Shown here piece by piece: positions 1 to 13,330 of a DNA stretch of 64,000 bases. Every line of letters begins with the position of its first letter. The first letter of the stretch is position 1. The translations under genes and the position numbers were made by a program. Origin of the DNA: Mytilus trossulus (lineage: Eukaryota); assembly GCF_036588685.1 (NCBI RefSeq), contig NC_086373.1, forward strand, positions 41,664,001 to 41,728,000. The letters run 5' to 3'. Below the pieces are notes generated by a model that saw only the letters and a list, made by a program, of their open reading frames with translations, was not told where the DNA came from and searched no databases.

Positions 1-551
1 TGTGTATACGTAGTATGTTTATGGTATCTAGCTGTCTGTCTTAAAAAAGATTAAGAAAATTAGATTTATAAAGTTTAAAGCGTTATGCATATTTCAATAT
101 TTTGGTATTGATCTCAGTAAATTAAATTAAGATACAGTAACACAATACAGCTACAAAGTATAATTAATTTTCATAACTGATGTCCACTGTGATTTAAAAT
201 TTTTTGAATATATAATTTGAAATGAAATTATAATTTGAAATTTTCAAGTTATCAATCATTCGAATAAATGTTTGTTTTTAAGTTTAAATACTGTAAAAGT
301 AAATATATATATTATACTTATACTTGACAATCAATGAAATTGATGAAAGTTCCTTTTTCTGCAGTTGTTAAGTCGTGAATATACATCCTATGTATCTTTC
401 TTATTTGTGATGTGAACCTAATTTCTCTGTAAAATCATATTGCATTTAAAGATTGAAACTTTATTTGCACGATTTACATATTTCGTATTAAATTGTTTGA
501 CCTGCTATTTTGTTAATAACGATATTTTGCCTCTAAATTGAAGACTTAGAA

Positions 552-1079
552 ATGATGAGATTTCCGACCATTTTCGTTTTGATTGCATTGATAACAATAA
601 CAGTAGCCGGTAAGAAAAGTGTTCAATGTGTTTTTCTCGAAATTTATAAACTGTATCAAATAAAAGTGTGTTCAGTGTGTAAATAACATTTGAATGTCCT
701 ACTAGAGAATGTTCTTTAAAACAGCTGATATTTGCAAAACCGAACAGTCTCTTCCATTCGCTTGATGTGTTTTATCATTTTAATTTGCCATTTGAATAGT
801 GACTTTCGGTTTTGAATTTTCTTCGGAGTTCAGTACTTTTCTTTAGAATTGCTTACAACATCTTCCCTTTGCATAGCATGTGTAGTTGTTTTATTGAAGA
901 TAACACTTGAAATCATTGTAATGTTCAATAAAAATAAAATACAAGTTCTTTTTTTTTCCTAAATTAATCATTACTTAATTCATAAATATAACTTAAATTG
1001 TCAGATCTTTAATTTTACAGTATATGCATTAGATAGACAAACTAACAACTATCTGCACAAAAATTACCTTCAACAATGA
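552..1079 (+). pseudogene. Truncated paralog (copy 0) of the secreted Gly/Ser-rich, WAP-like-domain gene family
   Basis: Signal-peptide exon 552-609 (MMRFPTIFVLIALITITVA|GTAAG); acceptor TTTACAG at 1020. The next exon has an 18-nt in-frame deletion (PSDKHA lost), loses homology after LDR and stops at 1077-1079. Bases 1-540 match intron 1 of copies 1 and 3 in inverted orientation. Confidence 0.8.
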
Positions 1080-3292
1080 TTGAAATCTATATCACATAGT
1101 TAGATACAAATTAGTTCATATGCCCTTCTTTATTAAGGACCGACCATATGAATGTATACATATAACAATTTATAAATAAACATATTATTTCTATGGCTAA
1201 CAATTTTTGCAATTAAAATATATCCTCATACTTTTTTATTTTTTAATTCAGGTTCATTGTATACCTCTTTTTATAATCAAAGATTTCTATTCTAATATCT
1301 TTCGCTTAATCTGTTTTTGTAACGAAAATCGTTATTTTTCTGTGTTGTCTAGCTATCAGCACGTATCCAACATAAAAATTCTAAGAATGTTTTTAGTTAT
1401 TTCAGAATTCCAATCAATGTAGAACTTGACCAGGAATTGTCTTTGCTCTGGCAAAAAAAGTTTTTAATTGTTTTTGTTATGTTTTGTGTGTGTTACGAGT
1501 TACTGTAAAAAAACAAATCACCGAAAAAAAATTTCAACTGCTGTATGCTTTTTTTTTCTTTAGTCATATTTGTAATTATGACAATTAATTCGTCCATTTC
1601 TTAACAAAAGAAGAAAGGTGAACAAAAATGTAAGAATTAGATGTACATATTTCGACATTTCAAGGAAAAATATATTCACCCAAGGCCAAATATATAAGGT
1701 TGACTGTTTGTGTTGGAGATATCAGGTATTGAAAGCAATGTGTTTAATAGATATCGAAAGATGTGGTATGAGTGCCAATGATACAACTATCCGTCCAAAT
1801 AACAAATCAATTTATAAAAATAGACCATTAGAGGTCAAGGTACGGTCTTCAACACGGAAACTTGGCTCACATCAAACAGCAAGCTGTAAAGGGTCCCAAA
1901 AATTACTGATGTTAAACCAATGGTCTAATATATATAAAAATAGGTATGCAAAATACATATTTTATTTCAACTTGTTTGAACAATGTTATTTTGTTCTTCG
2001 GCTTAACCCCAATTAAACAAAACTTTTTTTTATATCCGTAAAGCCTTTTGATGGACGAGGTTGTTTTTTTTATCGATGATAAACAAAGCACACAATATAC
2101 ACCATATGCATTGATATTTATCGAAGACTGCAGCTTCAAATATGATTTTATGCTCTACAGTAAAATAGAATCAGAAGATTATCGTATATTTCATAACATA
2201 AAATAATAGAAGCGTATCTTAATTTTGAAGCGCTATTCTATTTTCATGATATGAAAGACTATATGTATGTTTTCTTACACATACAATAATGAATACTATG
2301 ACATTTCAAAAAAAAAGTGTTCGGGTAAGGTAAGGTAGTAATCAAACACGAGACCTTAATGAGTGCTTCTGGAAGACTTTTACCTGTCTAATTAACAAAG
2401 ATATAAGATGTGGAATGATTCCAATAAAACAATTATCTATCACACACGTAATAATGTTAATTTACCACTATATGTAATAGAATCACCTTCAACAATGATC
2501 GAAACATATATGTCATAGTAAGGTATAAAATAGTTCATATGTGTTTTATATTAAGGACTGACCATATGAATGTATACATATAATTATAAAGACATAAACA
2601 TGTTATTTCCCAAGGTAAACATGGTTAACAATTTTGGCAATTAAAATATATCCTCATACTTTTTATGTTATAATTCAGGTTTCATGTATACCTCTTTTCA
2701 TAATCAAAGATTTCTATGCTAATATCTTTCCCTTAATCTGTTTTTGTTAAGAAAATTGTTAGTTGTCCGTATTGTCTAGATATCAGCACGTATCAAGCAT
2801 TAACATAACTATAGTTATTTCAGAATTCAAATCAATGTAGAACTTGACAAAGAATTGTCTTTGCTTTTGCGATTTTGTTTTATAAATTTGAGAAAGGAAA
2901 TGGGGAATGTGTAAGAGCGACAACAACCCGACCATAGAACAGACAACAGCCGAAGGCCACCAATGGGTCTACAATGTACCGAGAAACTCCGTAAGCGTCC
3001 TACATATGGCCCTTTAAAAACTAAGTATACTAGTACAGTGATTATGTTATGGTTTTTGTGCGTTACGGTTTACTATAATTTAATCAAATCATCATTTTTT
3101 CCCCCAATAGCTGTATGATTTTGTTATCTTTATTTATATCTGTATTTCAGTCTGTATGTTGTTATAATATATGATTAGTTTGTTTTGATGAAATAACAGA
3201 AAATCTATACAATAACAAAAACTTAATGCAATATTTTATTTTAAAAAAAATATCAAAAAGTGTTCTTAGTATGGATTTCGGTGATAGGCTTT

Positions 3293-4310
3293 TCATGGTG
3301 AATATCCATTAGACAGTCTTCTTCTACAAATTCTGTGACAATTAACATTGGCACAGTATCTATTTGTTGGACAATCTCCATCACCAAAACAGTCATTTTT
3401 GCAATCAGTTTTTCCTCCTTCCACTGACTGAAAAACTACTCCTGAACCAGAAGTACGACCTGATCCACTACGTCTTGAAGAAACATTGTCTAGTACAACA
3501 CGCCCACCTCGTCTAGAACTGATTGAGTCAAGAATATCGGCACCTGTATGACCAGACCCTCCTCGGCCACTACCAATAGTGTCCAAATGAGAATTTCTGG
3601 ACAGACCCACATTTCTAGCCAGACCAGATGAACCAATTCGTCTAGAGGTGAAATGATCATCATCGTCAGATAAAACTCGGGACAAACCAATTGAAGAGCC
3701 TCTAATTACTCCAGATACAGAGGTCCTGCCACCAACAGAGGCACCAGATAATCCTCTACCGGAAGATGACCCGTGTGTAATGAATTCACTGCCTATTCCA
3801 TGAGATGTTCCAACATTTCTTGATCCTGTTCGTCTATTTGCATCGATAACATCCAGTACAGAAAGAGATCCGTCACTACGACGCCTGTTTATGTTTCTAC
3901 CAACTGTGTTTTCGACCAGTAAAACCTTTTCCACTCCATGTCTATCTAATGCATGCTTATCTGAGGGTGCATATACTGTAAAAATAAATATCTGACAATT
4001 TATGTGATTTTTATGAATTGATTAATTGGAGAAAAAATAATATAGGTGATTTTTTTTTATTAAACAATATAATGATAGCAAGTATTATCGGCAATAAAAG
4101 GACTACACACCATTAGCAAAGGGACGTTGTTGCAAGCAATAGCAGAGACTGTTCGGTTTATAAAATATCAGCTGTTTTAAAGAACATTCTGTGGAAGGAT
4201 ATTCAAATGTTATTTCGAGAAAAAACATACATGTAATGAACGTTTTTCTTACCGGCTACTGTTATTGTGGTCAATGCCATCAACACGAAAATGGTCTGAA
4301 ATTCCATCAT
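3293..4310 (-). CDS. Secreted Gly/Ser/Arg-rich protein with C-terminal 6-Cys WAP-like domain (copy 1, 246 aa)
   Basis: Coding exons 4253-4310 (MMEFQTIFVLMALTTITVA, phase-1 GT donor) and 3293-3975 (TACAG acceptor), joined frame open. C-terminus CKNDCFGDGDCPTNRYCANVNCHRIC. AATAAA at 3235-3240 on the minus strand. Confidence 0.9.
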
Positions 4311-4418
4311 TTCTTAGTCTGAAATTTAGAGGAAAAATATCGTTACTTACAAAATAGCAGTTCAAATGATTTAATAAGAATTATGTAAATCGTGAAAATA
4401 AAACTTCAATCTATAAAT

Positions 4419-5433
4419 TAGTGGTTTCAACGGTTAACCGATCAACCTAATACCGAATACAAAACTGGCTAACTGGTTAACTGGACTTTTTTTCAATTTG
4501 GTAGATTTGATTTAAATTTTAATTAAAATCATTAATAGTTTTATTTAAAAATTGTCGTTGTGGTAATTAATTAGAAAACTCAATTGTCCAGTATATTGAT
4601 TTTAATTAGAAGTTGTCTCCCAGCTCGGGGCAGGATCTTAAAGAAACACAATAAGTATACATATCTTTAAACAGTAACTTTGAAGCAGTAATGCGATTAA
4701 ATTTTGCGATTTATTTCATGCATTCGTTTTTTATCTAATTTTGGGTAAACCTACTTTTAAATGGGTAACCTTCGTCGTGTAAGGTTTAGTTTTACTTTAA
4801 ACGAAATGCTAGCTCAAAAATTGTGAAATGCAAACCAATGTGAATGTACTCAATGTATACGTAATAGTACGAGTAACATGCTTAAAGAAACAAGCAAACG
4901 AAGCAAAGAAAAAGAGTGCGGTGACCCATAGTTGTTAATTTCTGTGTCATTTTGGTCTCTTGTGGAGAATTGTCTTATTTGCAATCATATCACAGCTTCT
5001 TTTTTTATAATTAATCATTTAAAATTGAAACACTTCACATGTTTTTTAAAGACAACAAGAGAAAAGGAAAGAATAATCGGTTTCAGATATATTCAATTCT
5101 ACAAAATAAAGAAGTTTGTTTTTTTAATCTGAAGTTGTTACAGACGCTGTAGTTGATACGGTGTATTTGATTATTAAAAGTCAAACTTCGCCAGGAATCC
5201 TAAAAAACAAGCCTCATAATGCCAAAGGACAATATTCATTTCTAAAAGCGTAAATTTATGACATGGATGAGAGGTTGTCAAATTGACACTCATACCACAT
5301 CTTATATCTATGTGTAGAGTGCTAACGATAAGGATTTCAAACCCGAATTTAAACTATACCGGTTAACCGATTAATCGGTCGAACGATTATCCGAATAACC
5401 GGTTAGGCAAAATTGTACGATTTGACAACACTA
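4419..5433. mobile_element. Non-autonomous hAT-type element in intron 1 of copy 1
   Basis: 8-bp TSD CTATAAAT (4411-4418, 5434-5441); imperfect TIR TAGTGGTTTCAA/TTGACAACACTA; GGTTAACC subterminal repeats; empty site in copy 3 at ~22793. Confidence 0.85.
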
Positions 5434-5901
5434 CTATAAATGCAATAGGTTTTTCAAAGAAATTAGGATCACTTTACGAATTAGAAAGATACATATGATG
5501 CATATTCACGAATAAACAAATGCAGAAAAAGAAATTTTCACAACTTACATTGATTGTCAAGTATAAGTTTAAGATATGCATTTACTATTACAGTATTTAA
5601 ACTTAAAAAACAAACATTACTTCGAATGATTATTCACTTTAATATCTCAAATAAATATTTCATTTCGAATTAAACTTCCGATGTATTATAAAACACAGTA
5701 AACATCAGTACTTATACTTTAAAGAATTATGTTGCTACTGTATTTTTATTTTTATTACTAAAATCAATACTAAAATGCTAAACAATGCACAACGCTTTAA
5801 AAATTTTAAAGCCTTTTTACTCAATCTTTAACGACGTATTTCTATCTTTGTTTATATGGCATTTAATATAATTGTTTATAACTGCTTTAATATTTTCCTA
5901 C

Positions 5902-6075
5902 CTTTGTTTGGAACAATTCGAGTTATTGCTAATGAATAATGTTTCACTGCCTCCAAATCGTTCTTTTATACCGTTTTCAAATATATATTGTTTATAATAC
6001 ACATGTACACAAGGAAAGTTTATGTTTAACCGCAAATGATGAATGCGTTGATCATAGTTGCACTTTCAAATGTCA
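5902..6075 (-). promoter_or_regulatory. Core promoter and non-coding first exon of copy 1
   Basis: TATAAAA at 5964-5970; donor CAAAG|GTAGG at 5902/5901; conserved ATTCATCATTTGCGGT at 6029-6044. Same layout in all four intact copies. Confidence 0.7.
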
Positions 6076-9000
6076 CACTGTCGTAGTACTAAGAAACTTC
6101 AATAAATGTCTAAGTACGAAAGTTTTCTCAGGGTCAATGACACATTTTGTTTCCTCCTACAATCTACACAGTTTTTATTACGTCATAATACATGTACTTG
6201 TTATGAAATATTGTTTTGACCTATTATTAATTTTCTCAAATAAATTTATGGTATATTTGGTAGTAACCAGAGACTTGTGCAATATAAAAAAAAATTAAAC
6301 TGAAGACTTTTATTTCCTTTAAGACGATAATTTTATTTTCTTTCAATTGTTTGGAAAACCGCTGCGTAAAGGTTATATAGCTGACGTTGGAAAACTCTTC
6401 TAAGTTTTTGTTAGGACTTTAAACGTATATGCAATACTAGCGATTTGTCTGCATATGGTTTACTAGTATCAAATACACAGGGCTCAGTCAAATATGAGTT
6501 ACAAGTTTTATGAAATAGAAAACTAAGAATTGAAAAAAAAAGTTGTGTCAAATCTTGGCACCGTTAGTTTTGTCTTGGGTTAAAAAAAAATATGTCCTGA
6601 TTCGTTGCCTTTCGAAATGTTGTATTGAATGTAAAAATTCAGACAATTATCTTTCTCCTCACATTCAATTTTACTCTGAACTTCATTATAAAAGATTTAC
6701 AAAACAGACTTGTTCTTTCGTTCCGTATTAATATTTTGTGTTAATTTTTTTAGGGGGATAAAACGTCTCTGAAGCCCCTTATCCCATGGCAAAATCCAAA
6801 TCTCATACACATCAAACGAAATGATATCAAATGGTATATTACTGACATGGTACAAGCATTTTCTTATGCAGACAATGGTGAATAAAAACATGTTGCATAG
6901 CTAGCTAAACCTTTCACTTGTTTGACAGTAACATCAAATTCCATTATATTGACAACGATGGGTGAACAAAACAAAGAAACGCAATAGGTAAAAATGTCAG
7001 AAAAAAGGGTATAGCAATACAAAATTGTGTCATTATCTTTATTACCGTAGAAACAAGCAAATATGTAACATAGAAGCACAAAACGTGATATAGGCAGAGC
7101 ACATTAGCAAAATGAAAGACAAGAACACAAACATTTATAAGAGCACACTTACGGGATGTATAAGTATAGATTGACGCAGAGGTTGAAATAAGCGCTAGCA
7201 CCAATTTGCGTCTGACCAGTAGAGTTTGTCAGCTTGTGGTTTGGTGAACCAGTAGAAGTTTGTCGATAAAAAAATATATGATTGCATTGCAATCTCGTTT
7301 GGTTTTCGAAATCGATAACGGAGTACCGGAGATCTTAGTATTACAATTGATCAAGTTTATTGATATATCGGATGGGCGTTCTTCACAACACAAAATTTGA
7401 AAACTTTTGGAATGGTTTAAATCGCAGGACAGTAAAAAATAAGTGACATTAGAAGGAAGATCAAAATTAAAGTTGATGAAACTGACTAAATATAATGTAA
7501 AAATCCTAGGGAAAAGATCTCGAATAGTCGATTGTCATGCAATGAATAGATAAGAAATTGATTTTTGTATCGGTATCTTCAAATCTTAAGTCAGATTATG
7601 TACATGTCATGAACAATCAGAACAGCACAAAAAAATCTACGGGAATAAAGGAGAGAAAAAATAATGTGGAAAGAAAAGCAAAGTTTATTATAGAACAATA
7701 ACACAATGATGGGAAGAAAAAGTACAGAGCCACGTCATATGAATCAAAGTAAAACAAAAAGGCATATAGACCAAACAAATTAGCAAAGATAAAAGACAAG
7801 AATTCAAAAATTATAATAGAACAATAACACGATGCCGGTATGTTTAAGTACAGAGCCACGTCATAAGTATTACAAAAACTCTAAAAGGGCATATAGACAA
7901 AAGACATAAGCAAAAATAAAAGACAATTATACACAATTTATCACAAAAAGTACAATGCATAACACATTGACGGAATGTTAAAGTACTGAGTCACGTCAAA
8001 TAGATATCACCAAAAACAGACTAAATAGTTTAAAAGTAATCATTTGATGTTCTATCTGGACATCTGTATGAATATTATATAACATGTCTCTATAAAAAAC
8101 AATATTGACATAATTTATAACATGCCTGTTTATAAATTTAGATATTGTAATATTATAAATAATAAGGTTTCAACTCTCTTAGAAATTTTGACCAAAAAGG
8201 GATTTTACTATTATTTCATGTCCTTTTTTGTAATGGAGGTCATCAATTGTTACGATTTATGTACTTTCCTGGTTTGAAATATTCGGCTTCAGCGTACATG
8301 AGAAAGGCAAATGCGTTTGAAAGCATTCAATTTGTAAAGCAATGAATACATACTTTTGGAAATGTCAATAAATTCTCGACTCTTCAATAGATAGCCAGAC
8401 ACGATATAGAATGGATAATGGTAACTCTTAAAAAAACATAGGTTCTTCGAATAAAGTTATGTATTTATTGGTGTTTAGATCGATAACTGTAAAATCTTCT
8501 TTCAATAGAATAAAAAAGCCGTCAGTTTATTTTTCGACTTATGGTTGTGAATGTCCCTTTAAATAGAAGTAAACAATTGAAAAAAACAAAAAATACCCAA
8601 GTGAGAGCGACAAAATCATGACATGAAAAATGAAAATGGATGAAAAGACAAATAGTAGTCCATAAAATTAGGAAAAGAATTAGTAGTGAGAGGACATTAT
8701 CAAGGTAGTGATAGGTAGCTCTTGCATCTTTACAGTTTTCTCGAGAAGCGACTGTCTGGTGTCTGCTTCATATGAATGAAGAAAAAACCCAGTCATTAGA
8801 AAATTTGGCTTCCTTTCGATTGGCAAACACAAATTAAAAAGGGGAGATGGCAATTATTTTGAAAATGCCAAAGGTATAAAGAACAGAAAATAACCAAAAT
8901 GAAAAAAATATTTTTTTAGGAAGATGTTAAACCTGTTCATAGTATTTGGTTTACAATAACAATTTCAAGAATTTAAATAAAACTATCACACCACTTTTAC

Positions 9001-9737
9001 ATATATAGATTTAAACCTTGTGTTGAAGTAACATTGATAAATGGAATGCACTATAAATATTTTGTTCAACAGTTTTGTGTATTCCATAATTGTTAGCCTG
9101 AAGTTCTCTCTTTCTAATCAGTGTAAAATAGACAGTGTGCACACTTAAGATGTATAAGGTGTTTTAAACAGTTGTTAGTAGTACCAAACAAGAAAATTGA
9201 ACCAGGTCTAAAGTAATTTTATAATCGTTGATATATAACATAGAGATACATGAAAAATGTAATAGATATTTATTATTTCAAATCGGAGTTCATTTAGGAG
9301 TTTTTATATTTTAACTATTTTTACTTTAATTTTCTTATATAACTTATATTTGTTTGTATTTTTCTTTATACAAAAAAGTCAATAATCTTTCAATAAATGC
9401 AAAAGTTAGAATAGAATCAAGTGCAAGCAAATTTTGTGTCATAATTTAGTTTATTTTTAATCTACTCAGATTAGTTAGAGTAGTTTTCACCTGAGATCGC
9501 CCCGGGGTATAACAGGTTCTGTGCTGCAATTTGTATAGTTTTCTAGGTTTTGTTTTGTATACTGTTGTCTTTTCAGTGTTTTTTTTTTAAATTTTTGCCG
9601 CGAGTCCTTTGCGTATTTTTCTCTCTTTGTAGATAAAAAACATAAAAAGAAGTGACCATTCTATCAAAACCAAAAATTATCCAACAGCCAAAAGATATTG
9701 CGAAACTACGCTTATTTAAGAGTATACTTATATATCA

Positions 9738-10316
9738 TTTAATTTCGGATGTAACGCGTCTTCTGATTGGCTGACATTATTTTGTTATCAGCCCATAGAC
9801 AAAATTTAGTATTGTGACCGTGACCTCATCAACGTTTTTTCATGGTTGTCTACGGTTTAAGGTGGTACCTAACACTACAGGGAGATAACTCTGTAAAATC
9901 GGCTAAACGTTTTAATTACGTTGTGTTGTTAAGGGAATATTAAGCTTCTCCATGATCAAAATTAGTGTTTGTCAAACTGCTATATAACCAGTGTAATATT
10001 TATGATAAATTGGTTGGTTTAATTTTTTGGAAATTTTTATATTTTTGTTTAAGGGTCAAAGTAAATATTTTGTCAAAATTTTATGAAAATTAAACGAGCC
10101 AAATAAATTTTAGTCAAGGTGTTGGGTACCACCTTAAAATGGAAATTAGAATTAAATTATAAGAAATGACTGTAATATTTTTTCTGTCTATTCGAAATTA
10201 CATAAAAGAATGTGGTGCACACTGTTAAAATAACCCGCTACGTACGTTATTCAGTGTGCACCAAATATTTTATGTTATTTCGAATAGACAGAAAAAATAT
10301 GACAGTCATTCCTTAA
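9738..10316. mobile_element. Element ending in a ~160-bp imperfect palindrome
   Basis: Inverted arms 10159-10224 and 10252-10316; absent from the paralogous upstream region of copy 4. Confidence 0.6.
9861..10133. mobile_element. MITE with TTAA TSD (Kolobok-like), nested in a hairpin-ended element
   Basis: TTAA-GGTGGTACCTAACAC...GTGTTGGGTACCACC-TTAA. Confidence 0.8.
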
Positions 10317-10899
10317 GTAGATTATATATAAACAATACTTATAAGAATTAATGTTTTGTAAATTAGAGCCTAACACTGTGATGATAATTCCTTTTCAATT
10401 TGAAGATTGACGATTATAATCTTAAGGTAATTTGACCATTGATGACGGGGTAAGAAGAGATACTATACAAAATATATGCGAATTGATTTTTTAAAATAAT
10501 TCAATAGTTTGGTTTTTAATGAGGATGGTTCTCGTCCTTTTTGTAAGCATATGTTCAAACTTTGTAAAATCAGATACGTCTTAATAATTGTTGTGTTTCC
10601 AACAACATTTCAACAACATGTCAGGCAGTGGTTTTCAAGTTATTTCAATTAAACGAGAAAAAACACGTCCAAACCATGAGGTTATACAATGCGTTTAGTT
10701 AATTTATAAACAGTACAAGTCTTTGATTACAACTAAATTAATAACATTAATATTTAACCATATTATAAGAAAGTCAGAATAATATTTCGTAATAACTACA
10801 TGTATTATGACATAATGACAAATGTTGGAAGAAAAAGAAATGACCCTGAGCACACTTTTTCTTTAAATAAGCATAATCCAAAACTACACAAAACATGAC

Positions 10900-11075
10900 G
10901 GAGTGACATTTAAAAGTTAAAAAAAAGTTAAAAACAATAATTAATTCATCATTTGCGGTGCAGTTACACACTTCCTTGTGTGTATGTCATTTAAGAGAAA
11001 AATAACCAAAATGGTATAAAAGAATGATTCTGAAGCAGTATTTATCATATACTATTACGACTGCTTTGAACAAAG
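10900..11075 (+). promoter_or_regulatory. Core promoter and non-coding first exon of copy 2
   Basis: GTGACATTTAAAAGT, then ATTCATCATTTGCGGT (~10944-10959), TATAAAA 11015-11021, donor CAAAG|GTAAG 11075/11076; acceptor TTTCAG at 11754. Confidence 0.7.
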
Positions 11076-11217
11076 GTAAGAAATTATTTAAACAAACGTA
11101 AATATTGAAAAAATATCGTAGATAAACAAAACATTAAGTATGAAAAATAGTCAAGAAATAATTCATTGAAGAAAATGAAAAGCTTAAATTAAGTTTCACA
11201 TACTTAAAGGTACAATG

Positions 11218-11532
11218 AACTCATCATAGATACCAGGACTAAATTTAGTATATACGCCAGACGCGCGTTTTGTCTACAAAAGACTCATCAGTGACGTTCG
11301 AATCCAAAAAACTTAAAAAGGCCAAATAAATTACGAAGTTGAAGAGCATTGAGGACCAAAATTCCTAAAAGTTTTGCCAACTACAGCTAAGGTAATCTAT
11401 GCCTGAGGTCGAAAATCCTTAGTATTTCAAATAATTCATAAATTTGTAAACGGTAAATTTATAAATATAAACTTATCAATGACAATTCATGTCAGCACAA
11501 AAAATACTGACTACTGGGCTTGTAATACCCTC
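11218..11532 (-). mobile_element. Solo retrozyme monomer (variant subfamily) in intron 1 of copy 2
   Basis: Reverse-complement homology to the 357-bp unit; hammerhead at 11254-11297 with GAAA mutated to AAAA. Confidence 0.8.
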
Positions 11533-11765
11533 ATTTATCCAATACTAATTAAAGTTTCTGTATGGTAAAACATGTAATTTAAGTGACAGCAAATTAAAGC
11601 AAACATAGAAATTGTAAGAAAGAAGCATTCTTCAAAAACTTAATTAAGAATGGTTTATCACAAAGTGGATTGCTTTGCACAGTAACTGAAAATCAAGAGA
11701 CATATACACTTCTTCATTCCAGTAACATATAATATTAATTGTGTTTTTTTTCAGAATTTCTAAAG

Positions 11766-13330
11766 ATGATGAGATTCCAGACCTTTTTCTTTTTGATGGC
11801 ATTGACCACCATGGCAATAGCCGGTAAGTAAACTATTTAACTTGCTTTCTTCAAGTTTACAGACTGTTTTAACGGAAGTGTTTTGGGTGTCAATATACAA
11901 AAAATTAAATACCTTACTATTAACAAATTTCAAAAATATAATTTCAGTACTTATTATTTTATTATTTGTATATTCTTGAAGAAAATTTAACAAAAGGTTT
12001 TCTTTTTGAATTGAATCAGATTTGTCATATGGAGTCTTGTATATCTTACAATACTGTATGGCGTAATCCGTACGTTCACTGTAGCTGTTAACGTCCTAGG
12101 CATTTCATCTATAGGGAATAGCCATCTAATTGGCAAACATATAAGATATCCTTACATTTATAAGAGAGACGAAGGATACCAGAGGGAGAATCAAACTCAT
12201 AGGTGGAAAATAAAAGACTAAGCAACACGAACCCAACCAAACACTAGGGGTGATCGCGGTGCTCTAGAAGGGTTAGCAGATCCTGCTCCATATGTGGCAC
12301 CCCTCATGTTGCTTAAGTCATTATAAATTCAGTAAATAGTCTTATTCAGTAGGTCATATTCGTGAAAAGGGAAAGGTATTGTAGTTACGACATAAGGAAC
12401 ATCCGATAGCATCTGTGAATCCTACATATACACAAGAAATAACTTTTTTTTTTTTTTATATTACTAGAATTCTGAAAGTTATATAAAATGTCAGACCTTA
12501 ATTTTACAGTTTATGCACCAACTGAAAAACATGCATTAGATAGACATGGAGTGGAAAAGGTTTTGCTGGTCGAGAACCAAGATGGAAGAAACATCAACAG
12601 GCGTCGAGGTCGCGAATCTCTTTCTGTACTGGATGTTATTGATGCAGGTAGACGAGCAGGATCAAGAGCTGGAGCTGTTGGAACATCTCATGGAATAGGA
12701 AATGAATTTCTAACACACGGGTCATCAGCCAGTATAGGATTGTCTGGTGGTTCTCTTGGAAGTAGGACCTCTGTATCAAGAGGCACTTTAGCTGGTTTGT
12801 CTCGTGCTTTATCTGACGATGACAGTATCAGTAATTGTCATTATGGGTGTGGAGAAGACAAGTTATGTCGTTTAGGACATAAATGTGTACATGATGGTTG
12901 TAGCAGTTACTGCGTCGAAATTTCTTCTAGCAGGTCATCATCTGGCTTGACCAGAGTTTCAAGTAATGATGGTCATATATCATCTGGCAGCAGAATTGGT
13001 ACATCTGGTTTGGCTAGAAATTTTGATCTCTCTCGCAGTTCTCGTTTGGAAACCATAAGTAGTGGCCGTGGAGTGTCTGGTCATTCGGGTTCTGATATTC
13101 TTGACGCAATCAGCTCTGGACGTGTTGGACTAGACATAGTTGATTCCAGACGCAGTGGATCAGGCCGTATCTCTGGTTCGAGACTCGTTTCTAGGTCAGT
13201 AGTAGGAGGCAAAACTGATTGCAAAAATGACTGTTTTAGTGATGGAGATTGTCCAACGAGCAAATACTGTGCATCTGTAAATTGTCACATGATTTGTAGA
13301 AGACGACCGTCTAAAGGATACACAGGGTGA
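11766..13330 (+). CDS. Secreted Gly/Ser/Arg-rich protein with two 6-Cys WAP-like domains (copy 2, 292 aa)
   Basis: Coding exons 11766-11823 (MMRFQTFFFLMALTTMAIA) and 12510-13330. Internal CHYGCGEDKLCRLGHKCVHDGCSSYC and terminal CKNDCFSDGDCPTSKYCASVNCHMIC. AATAAA 13382-13387. Confidence 0.9.

Noticed and set aside
3490-3690. Alternative-frame ORF conserved in copies 1, 3 and 4 (MMIISPL...)
   Set aside because: Expected by-product of recent paralogy; variable ends and no independent evidence.
12488-12509. ORF-track starts MSDLNFT / MSDIYFT (and the MEK/MLV starts in copies 1 and 4)
   Set aside because: The MSD ATGs lie in the intron upstream of the TACAG acceptor and are out of frame or absent in other copies; the real start is in the signal-peptide exon.
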